This document shows, one piece after another, positions 14,292-30,300 of a stretch of 64,000 nucleotides of DNA. Each line of letters begins with the position of its first letter. Position 1 is the first letter of the stretch. Made by a program: the position numbers and the translations under genes. The DNA lies in contig OZ024740.1 in assembly GCA_964016885.1 (NCBI GenBank), forward strand, positions 117,800,001-117,864,000, given 5' to 3'. This DNA comes from Eledone cirrhosa. Taxonomy: Eukaryota. The notes beneath the pieces were generated by a model, which saw only the letters and a program-made list of their open reading frames with translations, did not search any database and was not told where the DNA came from.

Positions 14292-14679
14292 TATATATAG
14301 TGTATTTTGCAATACACTGTATGCTTAATTAAAACCATTTTGAAGACCATACGCTATTGTTTTAAAATAGTGACAATGTCACTTATTTAAATTTTCAGCA
14401 AACAGGGAGATAAACTGACAGAGCTCAGTTTTGTACTTTTTGTTACTTATCAAAGTTCACTACTCCTACTGTTTGCTGAAAATTATGTGTGTTGGATTCT
14501 TATAGAATAATATAATAATCAGGAACTGATTATACAGAGCGGTCACCGGTCCAGCAGTAACGTCCCCTGTTTGAGAAAATTTAAATAAGTGGCATTGTCA
14601 CTATTTTAAAACAATAGCGTATGGTCTTCAAAATGCTTTTAATTAAGCATACAGTGTATTGCAAAATACACTATATATA
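14292..14679. mobile_element. ~390-bp foldback/MITE-like element with ~115-bp terminal inverted repeats in TA context
   Basis: 14292-14407 is a near-perfect reverse complement of 14565-14679; both ends merge into (TA)n. Confidence 0.7.
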
Positions 14680-14724
14680 CATTCGTATATATATCGCTAT
14701 TTCAGAGCACCGATTCAAATTTTA

Positions 14725-14761
<37 letters not shown>

Positions 14762-15119
14762 CATATTGTACAACATTTAGCTCATCTCTTTTTTCTTATT
14801 TGAAAATATCTGATCTCCAACTTCACATTGAAGTTTCAGGTCGATGAAAATGATGATCCAACGCCACTACCAGCACACCTACCTTGTTAGATTGCCACAT
14901 TAATTTCATAAAACATAACACAACATCTTAGAAGATTCTGTTTGAAAGGAGCCTAAAAAAAGAATTGTGCAAGTCAATTTTAAAAGAAAATATAATTGCC
15001 AGTACATTAATACTAATTTATTTAGTTGTTAATTTAATATGATATTCAATATAATTTAACCTATAAAATGTTATTGCATAAACAAATTCAGTTTCCGTTT
15101 TCATTTTTGTTGATACTTG

Positions 15120-15720
15120 AGATGCCCTTCAGCATTGCTTTACGAAGCAAATGTTTTGTTCTTCACCTGTTTCACTTTTAGGTTTAATATTGCCGAATGT
15201 TCATTGAAGCTCATCTTATTTTTTAAATTATTATTGGTGGAGATTGATCTTAAAAACACTCTTTCAGCAGTGAAGTTGCTTCGTGGGATGCTGCAGATAG
15301 TGAATGCAGTTTATGTCCAAACTTGCAATCCAGGATTATCAACTGTCTTTTAAAGTGTTTCTACCGTAAATCAATTTCCGATTTGTCAACAGAAATTTGA
15401 GCAGAAAATATAATTTTTCCAATCAATGTTTAAAGCTAGACTTTTATTTCCCTAATTGTAGATTGATCAGCCAAAGCTAAACGGAGAGCTGCAAAAAATG
15501 AGAGAACAGGATTGAAACAAATTATTTAGTTTTTTTAAAAGCTTTTTGGGGTGTCCAATATTTCTAGGTACACAGTTTTTAAATGCTTTGTACACACGTC
15601 TTAAAACGCGTAAACTCCCTTTTTGTACTGTGTTTACCTGTTCTTGGGAAATTTGTTTTGAATAAATATACTGGTCAAATTTAGCGTATTTGTATCTAGA
15701 ATGATCTATTTTCACACGAG
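15120..15720 (-). pseudogene. Degenerate hAT-family transposase C-terminal (dimerisation) fragment
   Basis: Minus translation of ~15310-15182 gives TAFTICSIPRSNFTAERVFLRSISTNNNLKNKMSFNEHSAIL, resembling hATC L.IP.SNA..ERVFS...K...RN.MS....AIL; boundaries approximate. Confidence 0.5.
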
Positions 15721-18448
15721 AGCAACTATGATTCGATGTTTAAATTTCTTTCAAGGTTCGCCTATTGAGAATTCACACTTCATTTAAGCATAGAAAATGC
15801 AAAAATGTATAATTCAGCTTAGATACTGCAGTTATTAGCTACTTAATTGGGAAAAGGAAATTATTATTTACAAATTCATTCAACGAAGGTCTCATAAATA
15901 TTGAAAAAATTCCATTAGTTGCATCTGAGTAAATAGCATGTAATTTATTTGCACTAAGGTTGCCTCAACTTTAATATGCTTTATGGAAATGTAATTTTAA
16001 TACATTTCACTGTTTAGGAATTCTTTATCTCTTCTTTTTACATTTACTTCTCGTTAAAGATATTTTGACTGAAAGGGTAATTATTTTCAATGAGTTTTTA
16101 GTGTCGTGAATTAATTAATATATTTCCATATAGTATTTTCTCCGCAGCTTTGATTTGAGGAATCAGGTATAAGATTTACTTAACAGAGTATCAAGTTTGG
16201 ATCATTTAATTCCATTTACGCGTAGAGAGAATTATTACCGCCACAAATATGTGAATCATCCTCTGTTGCAACATTGTAATAGCAGAATACTTTTTAATAC
16301 AATAATTTTTTTCATACACTGGCTCGTATGTGTATATGTGTGTATGTGCATATGCATATATTTATATAATATACATATGCATATATTTATATAAACGCGC
16401 AAACACAGAAACACAAAAATACACACTCATAGACGTACATTCACACAAACACTCATATACATTCACACATACAAACACACACATACATTCACACAAACAT
16501 ACTTGGAATGTTGCTTAACAAGTGCCTAACATAAACTTATTGTGAGGTTGTTTTTTTTAAATAAACAAATTTGTATCGTACAACTAGTCGTGCTTTCAGG
16601 TTGTTTGTATTGAAACTGTTAATGAGGTTTCGGAAAAACTGTGACGATAACGGTTACTTTTCTCTAATTAGCTTGTGATATATTCTTTCGTAGTATATCA
16701 TGCAAAATAATAATTTGAAAAGTGTTAGAATTGAGTGCTATCGAGTAGAGTTCTAATAAACAAGAGTTGAAGGATTGAGGAGGTTTAAAAAACATCTTTT
16801 TAGAATCAGTCTATAGAAATAAAGTGAATGCAGATTAGCGCGTGGTTAAGAATTCCATTGCGTACTATAATTGACAAGTATCTTGTACCAAAATCGCGGT
16901 TATATCCAAGATTGAAATTAGTTAGGCAGAAGCTATTTGGAAGTCCATCAAATCAATTGTAACTGTAATCTGATGAATCATTTTTAATTTCAAAAGCAGA
17001 TTCTATAAGTTGATCAAATAACTAGAACAGTCCTCGTCGAAACCAGGGTAGGTCCATTCCATTCCACAGAAATATGATTGACAAATGGCTATTGAATTTG
17101 TTATTGGATTATGTCATTTTAGAATCCAGTGTTGTCGCAAGCTGCTAGGAAATGTACTTGTTAATATTGATAATGATAGTGTTAGTCTTTATATATTTAT
17201 ATGTTCATATCCTTTTTCAAAAAATAGTTTTGTCCTTCTGATCGTTGATTTAACTATTTTAAACGTTGCTCTCGTTTTACTTTTCTAATTGATGTTGTTA
17301 TGCTTTGGTAAGCTTTGCTCTTATTGTTGGTCGTCATCGTGTCTTTTTTGTTTTCTTTGACTTCTATTTCTTTTTCCTTTTCTTCTAGTCTTCATTTTAT
17401 TATCGTCATTGTCGCTGTCATCACCGTCTCTGACGTCCTTATTATCATCATCATTGCTATTATTAATACTTGCTTAGTGCGCTGGGTATTATTTTTTCTT
17501 GTCTCTTTTCTTTGCCCCTTTTTCTTCCTCCGTTCTTCTTGTGGGAAATGGAGGAAGTGATATATATTTCAAAACGTTCTATCATTGATAAAAAGGTATT
17601 ATATTACATTAAGACATGTCATTTATATTCTTTTTACTTTTTTATCTAATTCATTGCCTCGTTTTTCAACAGCTTAGACGTCATAGGATTACAGATATTC
17701 ATGGTTTATATATCAAGAGAGAATTTAAACAATTAACGCCGAGCAGAGTCGGATTCATATACTATACATCGCATGTAAACGATTTTGAAAGGCCATACCC
17801 TGAGATGTAATCTTATTGAAAGAGAATATATCACAGTCCTCGTTGCGTCTGTCTGTAAGAAAATAGAATATTATCTCAAGTTATTTTTTTCCTTTTCTTT
17901 TTAACTATAAATATATATCATAACCTACAAACGCCATAAAATAATTTCTTTTTACTCGAAAACAGCTAGAAGAATGAAATGTAAAAGTAAAATAAAATCA
18001 TAAATTAACAACGTAAGAAAGCAAGATAGAAAAATAAAAGAAAAAGAAAGAAAGAAACTAGATGAAAGATGATATATAGTAATAGATCAAAACTAAAAAA
18101 AAAAAAATAGTACAAAATAATGTAGTACAACAAATAGTACAAAATAATGTAAAGAAAATGAAAACAGAAATAAAACCGATATACAATAGGGTTTTACAGC
18201 TTGGGGTTATTGCTTTTGAAATCCAGAGTTTGGTTAGAGTTTCTTCGTTATTCTTCTCTCTGTGGAGCATTACGTTCGACCATATTTTAGATATTTCTTT
18301 CTCTTCATTGAAATATGAGAACAATCTTTAAAGTATTGGGTTTAACATCTCTATACGACGACATTGTTTGGTAATTTATTTCAGACGGTAGTGTTACAAA
18401 AGGATTTGTACGTGTATATGCATGTGTTGTGAGTTACACACACATATA

Positions 18449-18458
<10 letters not shown>

Positions 18459-18531
<73 letters not shown>
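18459..18531. repeat. (TA)n microsatellite abutting an RTE 3' end
   Basis: Read directly. Confidence 0.95.
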
Positions 18532-18533
<2 letters not shown>

Positions 18534-19812
18534 TACTTTGACGCTAAACTCTGCCAGTTGCAGACTGTGCATCAACATGAGATATTTTTCTCCATATCGC
18601 CACAGCAAAGATCAAGTCCAGTCCACAGGTTGACATTATCAAACCATCGTTTTGGCTGCCAGCCTCTGCTTCTCTTACCAGCCAACCTTCTTCCAGGCAT
18701 AATCTACTCACATCACAAATTAATCTTTTTATATGACCGTATAGTTTGAGTACTCTTGACTTGACAATTGATGTAATTGGTCGAAGTTTGGTCATGTTGA
18801 GCAGCACACTGATACAGATACGGTCGCTGAGCCACTTGCCAGTCATAAGTCTCATGATGTGGTTCTGGAATGTAGAGAACTTCTGAAGAGACCTTGTCGT
18901 CCAATTAACACAGTCAAGACCATATAATGGTAGGATGTAAGTATCGAATATCTTAGCCTTCAAATGATAGGAAATTTGTTTTGATGTTAGTACTTCCTTG
19001 TTCTTGTTGAAAGCTGCCCAACCTAGAGGGATGATATACTGCACAGCAACTATTACATTGTTGTTTGATGATAGTTTGTGACCGAGATATACAAACTCCG
19101 TGACTTCAGCAATTTGCTGGTTGTAGATTGTGAGTTGGAGATTGACATTGTTTTTATCAGTTGTCATACACTTTGTTTTGGAGATGTTGATGCGGATGTT
19201 TGGCCAGTACATTCAGAAAGTCTTGCATATCAGTTCTAGAGTAACACATGACACCCAGATCGTCTGCATAGCTAAGATTTGAAAGTATTTTACCTCCAAT
19301 TTGATATCCAGAGGAGCTGATAGTACATCCCACTGCTTAACTCCTTTCAAGATGTCTATTCACCGTGCGGTTCCCAAATCTTATTTGATATATGCTGTTG
19401 AGTTGGTGTAAGTCTTTTTCAGTATGTTGATGTATGTTTTGTTAATTGAGGTCTTGTTTAAGAGTTGCCACAAGGTGGGTAGTTTCACGTTGTCAAAAGC
19501 TTTTGTGAAGTCAATGAAGGTGATGTGGACAGCGTTGTTGAATTCTATTAATTTCTCAATGATTTGTTCAATAGCTAGGGTTTGCTCAATGGTGCCTCCA
19601 CCAAGTTAATACTCAGCTTGTGTTTCAGGAAATGAGACGTGATGGTCTGACTTCACTCGTGCTGCAATGATACTCATGAAAATCTTGTAAACGTGACTCA
19701 ATAGGCTGAGAGGATGATAGTTCCCACAGTCAAGTCTACTACCTTTTTTGTAGACTACCACTATTAATGCTTTCTTGAACATGTCTTGGCTTTTTCCTGT
19801 AGCGATAATACA
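18532..19812 (-). mobile_element. Degenerate RTE LINE, RT/3' part
   Basis: Minus strand gives FKKALIVVVYKKGSRLDCGNYHPLSLLSHVYKIF, FIDFTKAFDNV, SYADDL and INISKTKCM...EFVYLG...LYGLDC...LKLYGHIKR. Confidence 0.85.
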
Positions 19813-20535
19813 GTTAAAAAGTTATAATAGCAAGAAAGTATTCAGCAAGTCTAAGCATATTAGACAGCACAACTCTTAACACTCCTGATATATCTGATTC
19901 TCGTATGGTGCATACAAGATTTCGCATCAACCGTGTTTGGTCACAAAGAACTAAAACCCCATCGAATGTAACGAAACAGCAAGCCGATACAAACTCGAGT
20001 TGCAAAACCGCTTTTCAGTTTTGCAGTCTGATGAAGACTCCGACAAGATTTATAATACTATCTGCAGAGGCATAAAAGAGGAATCAGAATAGATTTTACA
20101 TAAGGAAAGCCTTTCCATCCCACAATGGATGTCACAACAAACAAAGAAAGTAACATCTGAAAAACATAGGATCAGAAGAGAATGTGACCACACATCAGCC
20201 CAATATAGAATAGCAAAGACTGAATAAAAAAAAATCGTTAAACCAAACAAAGTTAAGCAAATGTACAACAGCATTGATGAGCTGAATAACCTACCTCCTA
20301 ACAGGTTATATCATGCTGTTCTGAAGAAACTAAAGACTAAACAAACAATTTTTAGCTGTGGCGTTAAAGCTACAGACGATACTATCTTTACTTCCAAAGA
20401 TGATATCATTGAACGCTGGGCTAAATTCTATGAAGAACTGTACTTCAGCAACTTAGAACCAACAACCATTCATGATTCGATGCCATTCAATCTATCTTAG
20501 CTAGCGAGATATCTCCTGCCATCAAAAATTTGAAC
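19813..20535 (+). mobile_element. Inverted 5' segment of the same RTE LINE (endonuclease end plus linker)
   Basis: Plus strand gives PDISDSRMV (degenerate SDHR.V), LQNRFSVL, PQWMSQQT, IIERWAKFYEELY and SEISPAIKNL. These precede the RT in RTE elements. Confidence 0.75.
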
Positions 20536-22546
20536 CACGTGTTACCGGGTTTGATACCTCTGCACAGCATCTTGTGAAGGTGTCTGTCTGGATATGTGCT
20601 GAGTATATGTATGTATTAGAATTTATATCTATTCGGAAACAGCTAATATTTTACCCCATTGCCTAACAGACTACTCCATTACATGTGAATCGGATCGTCA
20701 GGCAAAGCCATGCTGAAAGAGCCAACATGGCAGGCAACGTACTGAATAATCAGCTGCAAACTTAGACACACACACACATGCGCACACACAGACATACGCA
20801 CATGCACACACACAGACATACGCACACGCACACACACACATTCACACACACACATATACGCACACACGCACACACACATACACACACACACTGACACACA
20901 TACGCACACACACACACTGACACATACACGCACAGTGACTTAGTTTGCTTGGTCACGCACTGAGGACAAAACAGTAGGATGCATGTTGATGAACACTAGC
21001 TGGAAAGCGAAACCATGGCCAACCTGAGAACACTTGAAACAGGCGAGGCGTAGAGCTAAGTGAGAGAAACGCATCTTAAACGAAGAAGTTAATGAGGTTT
21101 GTTAAGAAGCGTTGTGTATAAGTCTTGAAACGTTGTAATATTTCTCGATCGGAAAGTGTATGAACTATAATAATACCATGTTCATCTCTCTCTTTCTCTT
21201 ACACACATACACATTTATGCACGTGTGTGAGTGTGCGCGAGCACATACTTACATAATACCTGCATACATACATCTATTCACATGCACACACATACCCCCC
21301 CCCCACATATATATATACATACACACGAACCTTTACAATATAAATGTCCCCTATTGTTGAAAGAAGCCATTATCCTTGTGGTAGGTGAAATTTGTTATCT
21401 ATTTTTATTGCTTTGATCTAGCATTTAATAACAGCCGTCTTTAAAGTTCTGTAACTTTACATGCTTGAGGAGCGGGGGAATATACATAGCTTATAAGCCA
21501 TTGGAATGTTGTAATATAGCATGTTCAAAATTATATTGTAAAAACATAGCTTGACGTATTTTTTAGTGTTATGGCAATGACAATGTTGGAGATTAGGCGT
21601 TGAAGTTGTTGCAGCTGTTGATGATGATGATATAATTAAGGTTGGTGTTGGTAGTTGCGGAACTGGTAGTGCTAATGATGACAGGGAAGATGATAACGGT
21701 GACGACCAAAATTTATATAAATCAATATGTTGTTGTTGGCAGTGGTGGGATGCTGCTGCTGCTGCTGCTGACGATGAGGATGGTGATGATGATGAAGTAG
21801 AGGATGACGTTTCGCTTGGTAATGATGATAATTTGAAAATATTTTTCGCAGCAAACAACTCGCAACTTTTCAGTGTGCCGTGGCGCATCGTTTGGGAACT
21901 ATAGCATTAGACAGAGGTCTACTTAAAGGTAAGTAAAATGTAAAAGATTAAAATCAAAATTATCAGTAGTGCACATGTTCAAAAGAGGGATCACATAAAA
22001 GGGGAATACAAGCTAATGTTGACTCAGTCTTTGTAAATTCTTTACTGCCCTTGCGCCATTATCTTAACATTTGTTCTGTATCATTCCAGATAATCTTCGT
22101 AAAGTCAAATTCATAATGATCTAGAAATATCTGTTGTTTACATTTCTGGTTTAAAAGGGAGAATTATTGAACAGAGGGTTCTCTGGAGATACAACCAGAT
22201 GGTAATTGGACCACTACGAAGAGGGTTGCTCTTTAAATATCTGTGAGCTACGTTAACTGCTATAATATGAATGTTCCGTCGTTCTTAAATAACTTGTAGC
22301 TCTGACAAGTAAAGTTCTACAGATTGCAATATATTTGCACTTCTAGATATAGTCTGTATGACATTTATACATATTTGCTGAGCATTTATCTAATGATATC
22401 ATAGAAAGCTGTTAATAAAATTTCATTCTTATCTTTAATATCTTCCATACAACATAAAGTATAGTGCTTCCCTTATGCAGAATATTAATTAACCCAATCG
22501 CAGTTTTCCCAGATTGTTTGATTATTCATATATACGGTAAACATAC

Positions 22547-22765
22547 TTTGCGGCATAGAGTTACAGCCCTTTGCGGCATAGAGTTACAGCCCTTTGCGGC
22601 ATAGAGTTACAACCCTTTGCGGTCTGAATTCAAATCCCACCGAGGTTAGCATCCTTTCGGAGTCGATTAAAAAAAGGACCAGTAATTCACTGGGGTTGAT
22701 TTAATGAACTTTCCCCTTCCACCAAATTGTTGGCCTTGTGCTTAAATGAGAAATCATTATTATTG
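22547..22765 (+). mobile_element. tRNA-derived SINE preceded by a 23-bp unit repeated three times
   Basis: (CTTTGCGGCATAGAGTTACAGCC)x3, then GAATTCAAATCCCACCGAGG...TTGGCCTTGTGC...ATCATTATTATT; same family as 10369-10556. Confidence 0.7.
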
Positions 22766-23906
22766 AAGGCATGATTTACTAGTTTTGAATAATTGTTAGG
22801 CATTATTATGTGCATTATTCTAATTGGATTTCCCAGTTCAAGAAAACACCTTATGTAGCTGGAAACCAAATGTAGTTTAATAAGTATTATCACACATACA
22901 TAAGTATCATTAAATATCAATTGTATAAAACATTAGTTTTGAGGAATAATAGTTGAAAATACCAATTTAGTTGCACAGAAGGGTTAATAAAGTGTCTTTG
23001 GTGAGATTCGAACTCAGAGCATCGAAACAAATACCGAAGCACTTAATCGGACACTTTAACGACTTGCTAAGGGAAGCTAAGGAAATATTGCTCAGACAGT
23101 CATAAATAAGAACATATTCGATAATGTAGTCCGTGGTACACAATGCCCGAAAAATATTGTAGAAGGCTTATCAATTGTTTGTCTGGCCCTATATGGGGAA
23201 GGAATTTCTGGTTAGATAGTTCGCTATAGAACAACATGAATTCAGGTTCGATTCTACAGCACGTAATCTTGGCTATGTGTCTTTTACTCATATCTCGGAT
23301 TGACCAATACCATATGAAGGCAGTTTGGGAAAGGGAAACTGCGAGTATGTCCTTCATATGTATGTATGTATGCTTGGGGACATGGAAATACTCGGCTTGG
23401 TCCCTGAGTTTGTAATTAGAGCAGCGGGAGTGAGTGACCCCTAGTTCTTGTTTTGTCATTATTCTAGGGGAAGAAAAAGTCTAATATAAAACCTGCAATT
23501 TGATGGCAGGCAATGATATTCACCTGTTATTCTTTTTGGATAGCTTTTACCATTGTTTAGTGAATGGGATAAGAAAATTACTAGTTAAAAACATCAAGTA
23601 AATAGATTTTTAAATAAAGCAGATAAATACATTATGATAACATTAAAAATAAGATTACAAGAAATTGATCAATAATGGTATATATATCTATGAAACAGTT
23701 TCACATGCAGGTCTTATTATATCTACATTCAACTTATATTTATGTGTATTTGAAACACAATTCATTTATTCATTGAAGGAGTATGTAAATTGTTTCAGGT
23801 TGTCTTACTTTATAACAGTTCTCTTTGGCTTTTGTGTTAAAGAAGCTGCAAATAACTAGTTAAGAGAAAGATAGACAGACAGACAATCAGACAGACATAT
23901 AGATAC

Positions 23907-23948
<42 letters not shown>

Positions 23949-24411
23949 TGGTGGATGATATTGAGCCTATACAGGCCAAAACATACATACATACATTCAT
24001 GTTAACATAGGTATGTATGTGTGTATATATAAATAGAGAAGAACGAAGGACAGAGGTCAGAGAAAAAGCTTCAGAGAATTGAATATTTTCCCTGGCTGTG
24101 ATGCTATAAGTTATCCACAAAGTTTTCATTGGCTCACGGACATTAATCCGAGAAAATACGTCAGGAGAATTTTCTTCTATATCTTGGCAAAGTCTGTAAG
24201 CAGAAGATATAGCTTGATCGGAATGGAATTTGGTATTTTTCCTACATAAGAGATATCAAAGGAAGTTGCTTGTTTAGTGCCATCATCATCTCAAAATCAC
24301 ATTGAATGACATCAGCCTCAGGGAGAAATTTCATTGATTGCCTCGAAAATGTCAGCGAGGAAAATAGCTTGGAAGTTATTGGAGAAAGAGCGTGAGGAAG
24401 AAAGAAAATAT

Positions 24412-24596
<185 letters not shown>

Positions 24597-24779
24597 ATAA
24601 ACAAAAACAGTTTGAAAGTTATCGGAAAGAGTTGAAATTAGAAAAGAAAAGAGAAAGGCGATATACTGAGAAACATCCATTGAAAGAAGATTCGAAAGAA
24701 AAATGTTTAGAAGCTATTTGATGCTAAGAGAGTAGGAGTGACTAAGAATGAAAAGGATGAAAAAAGGGTTATACATAAG

Positions 24780-26090
<1,311 letters not shown>

Positions 26091-27599
26091 GAAAAATAGA
26101 GCGAGAAACGGAACTGTCCATCATCAGTAATCTTCTGACTATCATCGATATTTCTTCGCATTAAAGACCAGATACCTAAAAATCAGTGCGAGCAATAACT
26201 AAAACAAATTATTGGGACAGAGCGAATTGGGTGGAGAAGGAGGGACAGTAAACAAACAAATAGTAATGCAACGTAAAGTGAGGAAATGAGAGACAAGTCA
26301 ATGATACATGTGAACTTAAGTTCTAACAGATCAACGACGAGAAGACGGCAGACACGTTCGAGCCCTGCGAAATGTGAGCAAGAAAAGGATTTCACACAGG
26401 TCAGACGGGAAGATGTGAGAGAGGGGGAGCCCCAGAGAGTGAGTGAGTGAAAGTGTGAGGAAGAGGCCATCCGAGAGAGTGTGACCAGCAGAGAGAGTGA
26501 ATGAAAGCAAGAGGTACAAGGAGAGAGAAGGGGGAGAGAGAAAGAGGATAGCAGTAAGGTGATAGAAAAAGACACACCACACCGAGGGGAATACGTATAT
26601 ATGTATGGATGTATATACATTATACATATATATATGTGTGTGTGTGTGGGGGGGTATGTGTGTGAGTGTTTGTGGTGTAAGTATTTATATATGGACACAT
26701 AGATACATACATACAGATATACATGATAGTTGCTCCATTTTCCCAAATGATTATTGTATATTCATGAACCCTTTGTCCATCATTTTCAGCCTCTATCCGC
26801 CCATGCAAAAGACATATTCTAGGATGGCAAGAACATAACCTCCAACCCCGGAGAAAACTTCAAAATAGGACACAGCTAATATGGCTACCAGCGAATCTCA
26901 TCTGTTCCCGTCTATAGTACACCGTCGGAGGCGAAAAACCTACAGATGTGGCGATATTTCATTGGCACAGTCACTCATGACACCCCAACAGTCCCAATGA
27001 TTTATATTCTGTATATAAGTAGCGCCAAGAATTCTGATTCATAGATTTTGCCATATAAACAAAATAGAGCATCTTAATGCACACATAGAATGATTGGTAA
27101 GATCGTAAATGAGACATTTGCACACCATTAGACTTTTGTGGCAAGTTATCGTACAACATCTGGAGAATGTTATCTGGTGATAGGCCTAAGACAACCAGTT
27201 GTTACACAAACCTCATGTTTTACTATTCTTAGAAGAATGCCATTACAACCCAGTGAACACAAAGCGAGTCCTGACACCAACTAGTGGAATTTCTGAGTGC
27301 CTGTACACAGATGAGTTGTCATAACTATGATAAGTATTCTATCTATTCTGGATTTGAAATCAGAGTGGCACTTCGAGACAGACAGCTGTCCAAAGCAAAC
27401 GAGTTCTGTCTACTCGGAGCAACAGGTTTTAAGGTGACAGTAGTTATTTTTGCCCCCTCACTTGTCAAATCCAAACATCCGCCACGGGAAGGTCAGGAGC
27501 TGAGATTCGGTCGTAAGAAGCAATTTAGGGCATTGTAGTAGAGTAGATTCTCGGGCCAGCTCCCTGCCGATTATAACAAACTTAGGAGATACAAAAATG

Positions 27600-28800
27600 C
27601 ATTCATACATACATACATGGTGGCTGCAAATTCGTTTTCGAGTACGGCCACTACTTTATATCCATGTAGGAGAACCCCTACCGATGCGCTGAACGAGTGT
27701 GACCTTTTAGTCCAGCCAGCGACTTGAAAACTCTGGTACAAACACTACACTTGTGACAATTATTGACACATAGTGCTGGGCCCTTGGTACCATGTGACGA
27801 CAAGTGTATAGAGATCTCCAGATATAAAGCAATGCCTGTGCCGTGAAGCTTTTATAGTGAGCAAAGGCACTGCACAAAGCCAGTCCCACTCTCTTAACCA
27901 AGATGATATTTACCAAAAAGAAGAACAAGTCAACATCATTGGATACCATCAGGGTTGCAGGTGTTATATCAGAGTTTTCCTTCTAGAATTCTGCCTTGAC
28001 AAAGGCTAAGGGGTCATACATACATACATAAATACATACATATATGATGGTTGCCCCCTCGTTATCGAGTATGGCCATTGCACGCTTTACCATTATTAAT
28101 AATTATTAATTAATTCTATCGTGCAATTACTGTGCGTAAAGATATTTTTTAAAGTGAGGAAAGACTGTGCACTGAGACAATCCCACTCTCTGAGCGACAG
28201 TAGCTATAACACGAAAATAAGAAAAGATCAACATCATCGGTAACTACTGAGCTGCAGGTTTTACATCGGAGTTATCCCAGTTTCCTGAGTTGCCTTCTCC
28301 TAAAAGAATGCCCTGAGAAATGCTAGGGGTCATTCACTCCCAGTGGTTTAACCGCGTTATCGTGTGTCCAGCCCGACTATTTCCATGTCCCTGCGCATAT
28401 ACATACACATGCACCCATGTATACATATACATATACATATACATACATACACACACACACATATGCAAACACACAGACACACACACATACATATTGATTT
28501 CGAGTAATACCATCGCTTAATACTTAAGCATGAGCAGCACGGACGTGGATTTTTAGTCCTCCTAGAGATTTGGCTACGGCCAGCCATACCATACAACGCA
28601 AAACATATCACATATCAAACGATGCCTGTGCTTGAAGCTTCTTTAAGAGGGAAAGGCTTTGCATGGAGCTAATGCCACTCCGAACATCGAATGCATTTAC
28701 TAAAAAAGAAGAACTGATCTACATCATTGGATCCAAACGAAGCCACATGTTTTATATCAGAGTGACCCCCTAGAGAGGTGTCTTAATGATGACTAAAGGT
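27600..28800 (-). repeat. Three diverged copies of a ~300-400-bp SINE-like unit separated by (CATA)/(CA) microsatellites
   Basis: Motif TCGAGTA.(G)GCCA recurs at ~27638, ~28066 and ~28500. Motif ACATCAT(T/C)GG...TAT/CATC(A/G)GAGT recurs at ~27933, ~28231 and ~28721. Confidence 0.5.
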
Positions 28801-30084
28801 CTCTAATTCCAATAAAATACTTTAGCCAATAATGGCCATCCAATAAAATAATTTATTGGATGGCCGTTGACTCTCCTGAGTTCCTCGGCTCTTTGACGGG
28901 TTTTGTTTTCACCCTGCAGGGTGTCCAACATCCCCTCCCCCACCAAGCAAGCTTGGTGAGGTTGCTGGTTCAGTCGCAGATCATGCGCAGGTTGTACTAG
29001 GTTAGATGTTACTAGTAGCACTGAAGAGCGACCTGACATACATGCATATGGATATACGTACACACATACATGCATACATACATGCATACATATTTGCATA
29101 CGTGCATACTTACATACATAGATATGAACATACATATCGACATACATACAAAAGATTATGAAAGTATTGAAACATTGATGATAGATTCCGGAGCATACGT
29201 ACAAATACACCGAGCCACTCACACACACATACAATTCACACTTAGGCACACACACACATATATATATATACATTCAGATTTTCATAGAGAGAGAGGGAGA
29301 TAGGAAGAGAACGCTAGGATGGCTTTGCCTGGAAGTAACAGACTAAGATAAATGCATATATTCTATGAGATATAGCACACAAATACTAAATAAATTGCTT
29401 GCATTCCAGGCAAAAATACGTCTATATTTTTGAAATTACTAATAATGATTTTTGATTTGTTGGTTCGGCTGTCTCTTTTTGTTGGTTTTTCTTCTCCCCT
29501 TTATTCACAGTCAATTTTTTTTATCATATTCCTAGCGTTGTGTGCTCCATAGTTTTTTGGTAATTCAAGATAGGTTCCTCAATTATAATTTTAAGATGCA
29601 TAAAATTCAAGAATCTTACAGGAATATTTTGTTTTATTTCTTTAAATTTCATGTTTGGTTTTGTTTATAATCATTTTATCTTATATGTAAGTACGTTTAT
29701 GATAGATAATTTCTCCAGGCTATTTGATAAATACGCTTCTTTCATTTTTAATGCATATGATACCAACCCCATGGACTCTAAGTTTGATAAATATATATTT
29801 TATGAGATAAAACAATTTATTAGAGACTACATGTACATAAGATTATTATGACTATAACACAAATAGTAGGATCGGTTTTTAACATACAAATGATGTTTTA
29901 GGAACAATGGATATGATGTTATGATGTTCATGCTTGTTCTATTATAATATCGTACTTCCACACATCCATATATACAAAACGAAAGACACGAAAGGCAACG
30001 ATAGTAATATTTATAATAAATTCATTCAACCATGTCTATCTAGTCTAAAGTCTCTCTCAAGCCAGGAGATTCGTCAGGCCAGCG

Positions 30085-30300
30085 CTTATCCCGGTTTCGT
30101 GGCGTGAAGCAACTGAGAGTACAAGACTCTCCTCTGAACAGGACGCCAGTCCATCGCAGGGTTCAACACCTGGTACTCATTTTCAACTGAGTATACTGGA
30201 GCAACGTGAAATGAAGTGTTTTGCTCAAGAAAACAACAAGCAAAACCCAACCCAGGAATCGAACCCACGATATTATGACAGTGGTAAAAGTGTTGGGCTT
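30085..30300 (-). mobile_element. tRNA-derived SINE
   Basis: Minus strand carries B box GGGTTCGATTCC, then TTGAGCAAAACACTTCATTTCACGTTGCTCCAG...GCGATGGACTGGCGTCCTGTTCAG, a conserved central-domain-like SINE core. Confidence 0.75.

Noticed and set aside
26100-26135. Minus-strand CTGATGA-TGGA cagt TCC hammerhead-like start
   Set aside because: It is followed by GTTTC instead of GAAA, so the core is incomplete.
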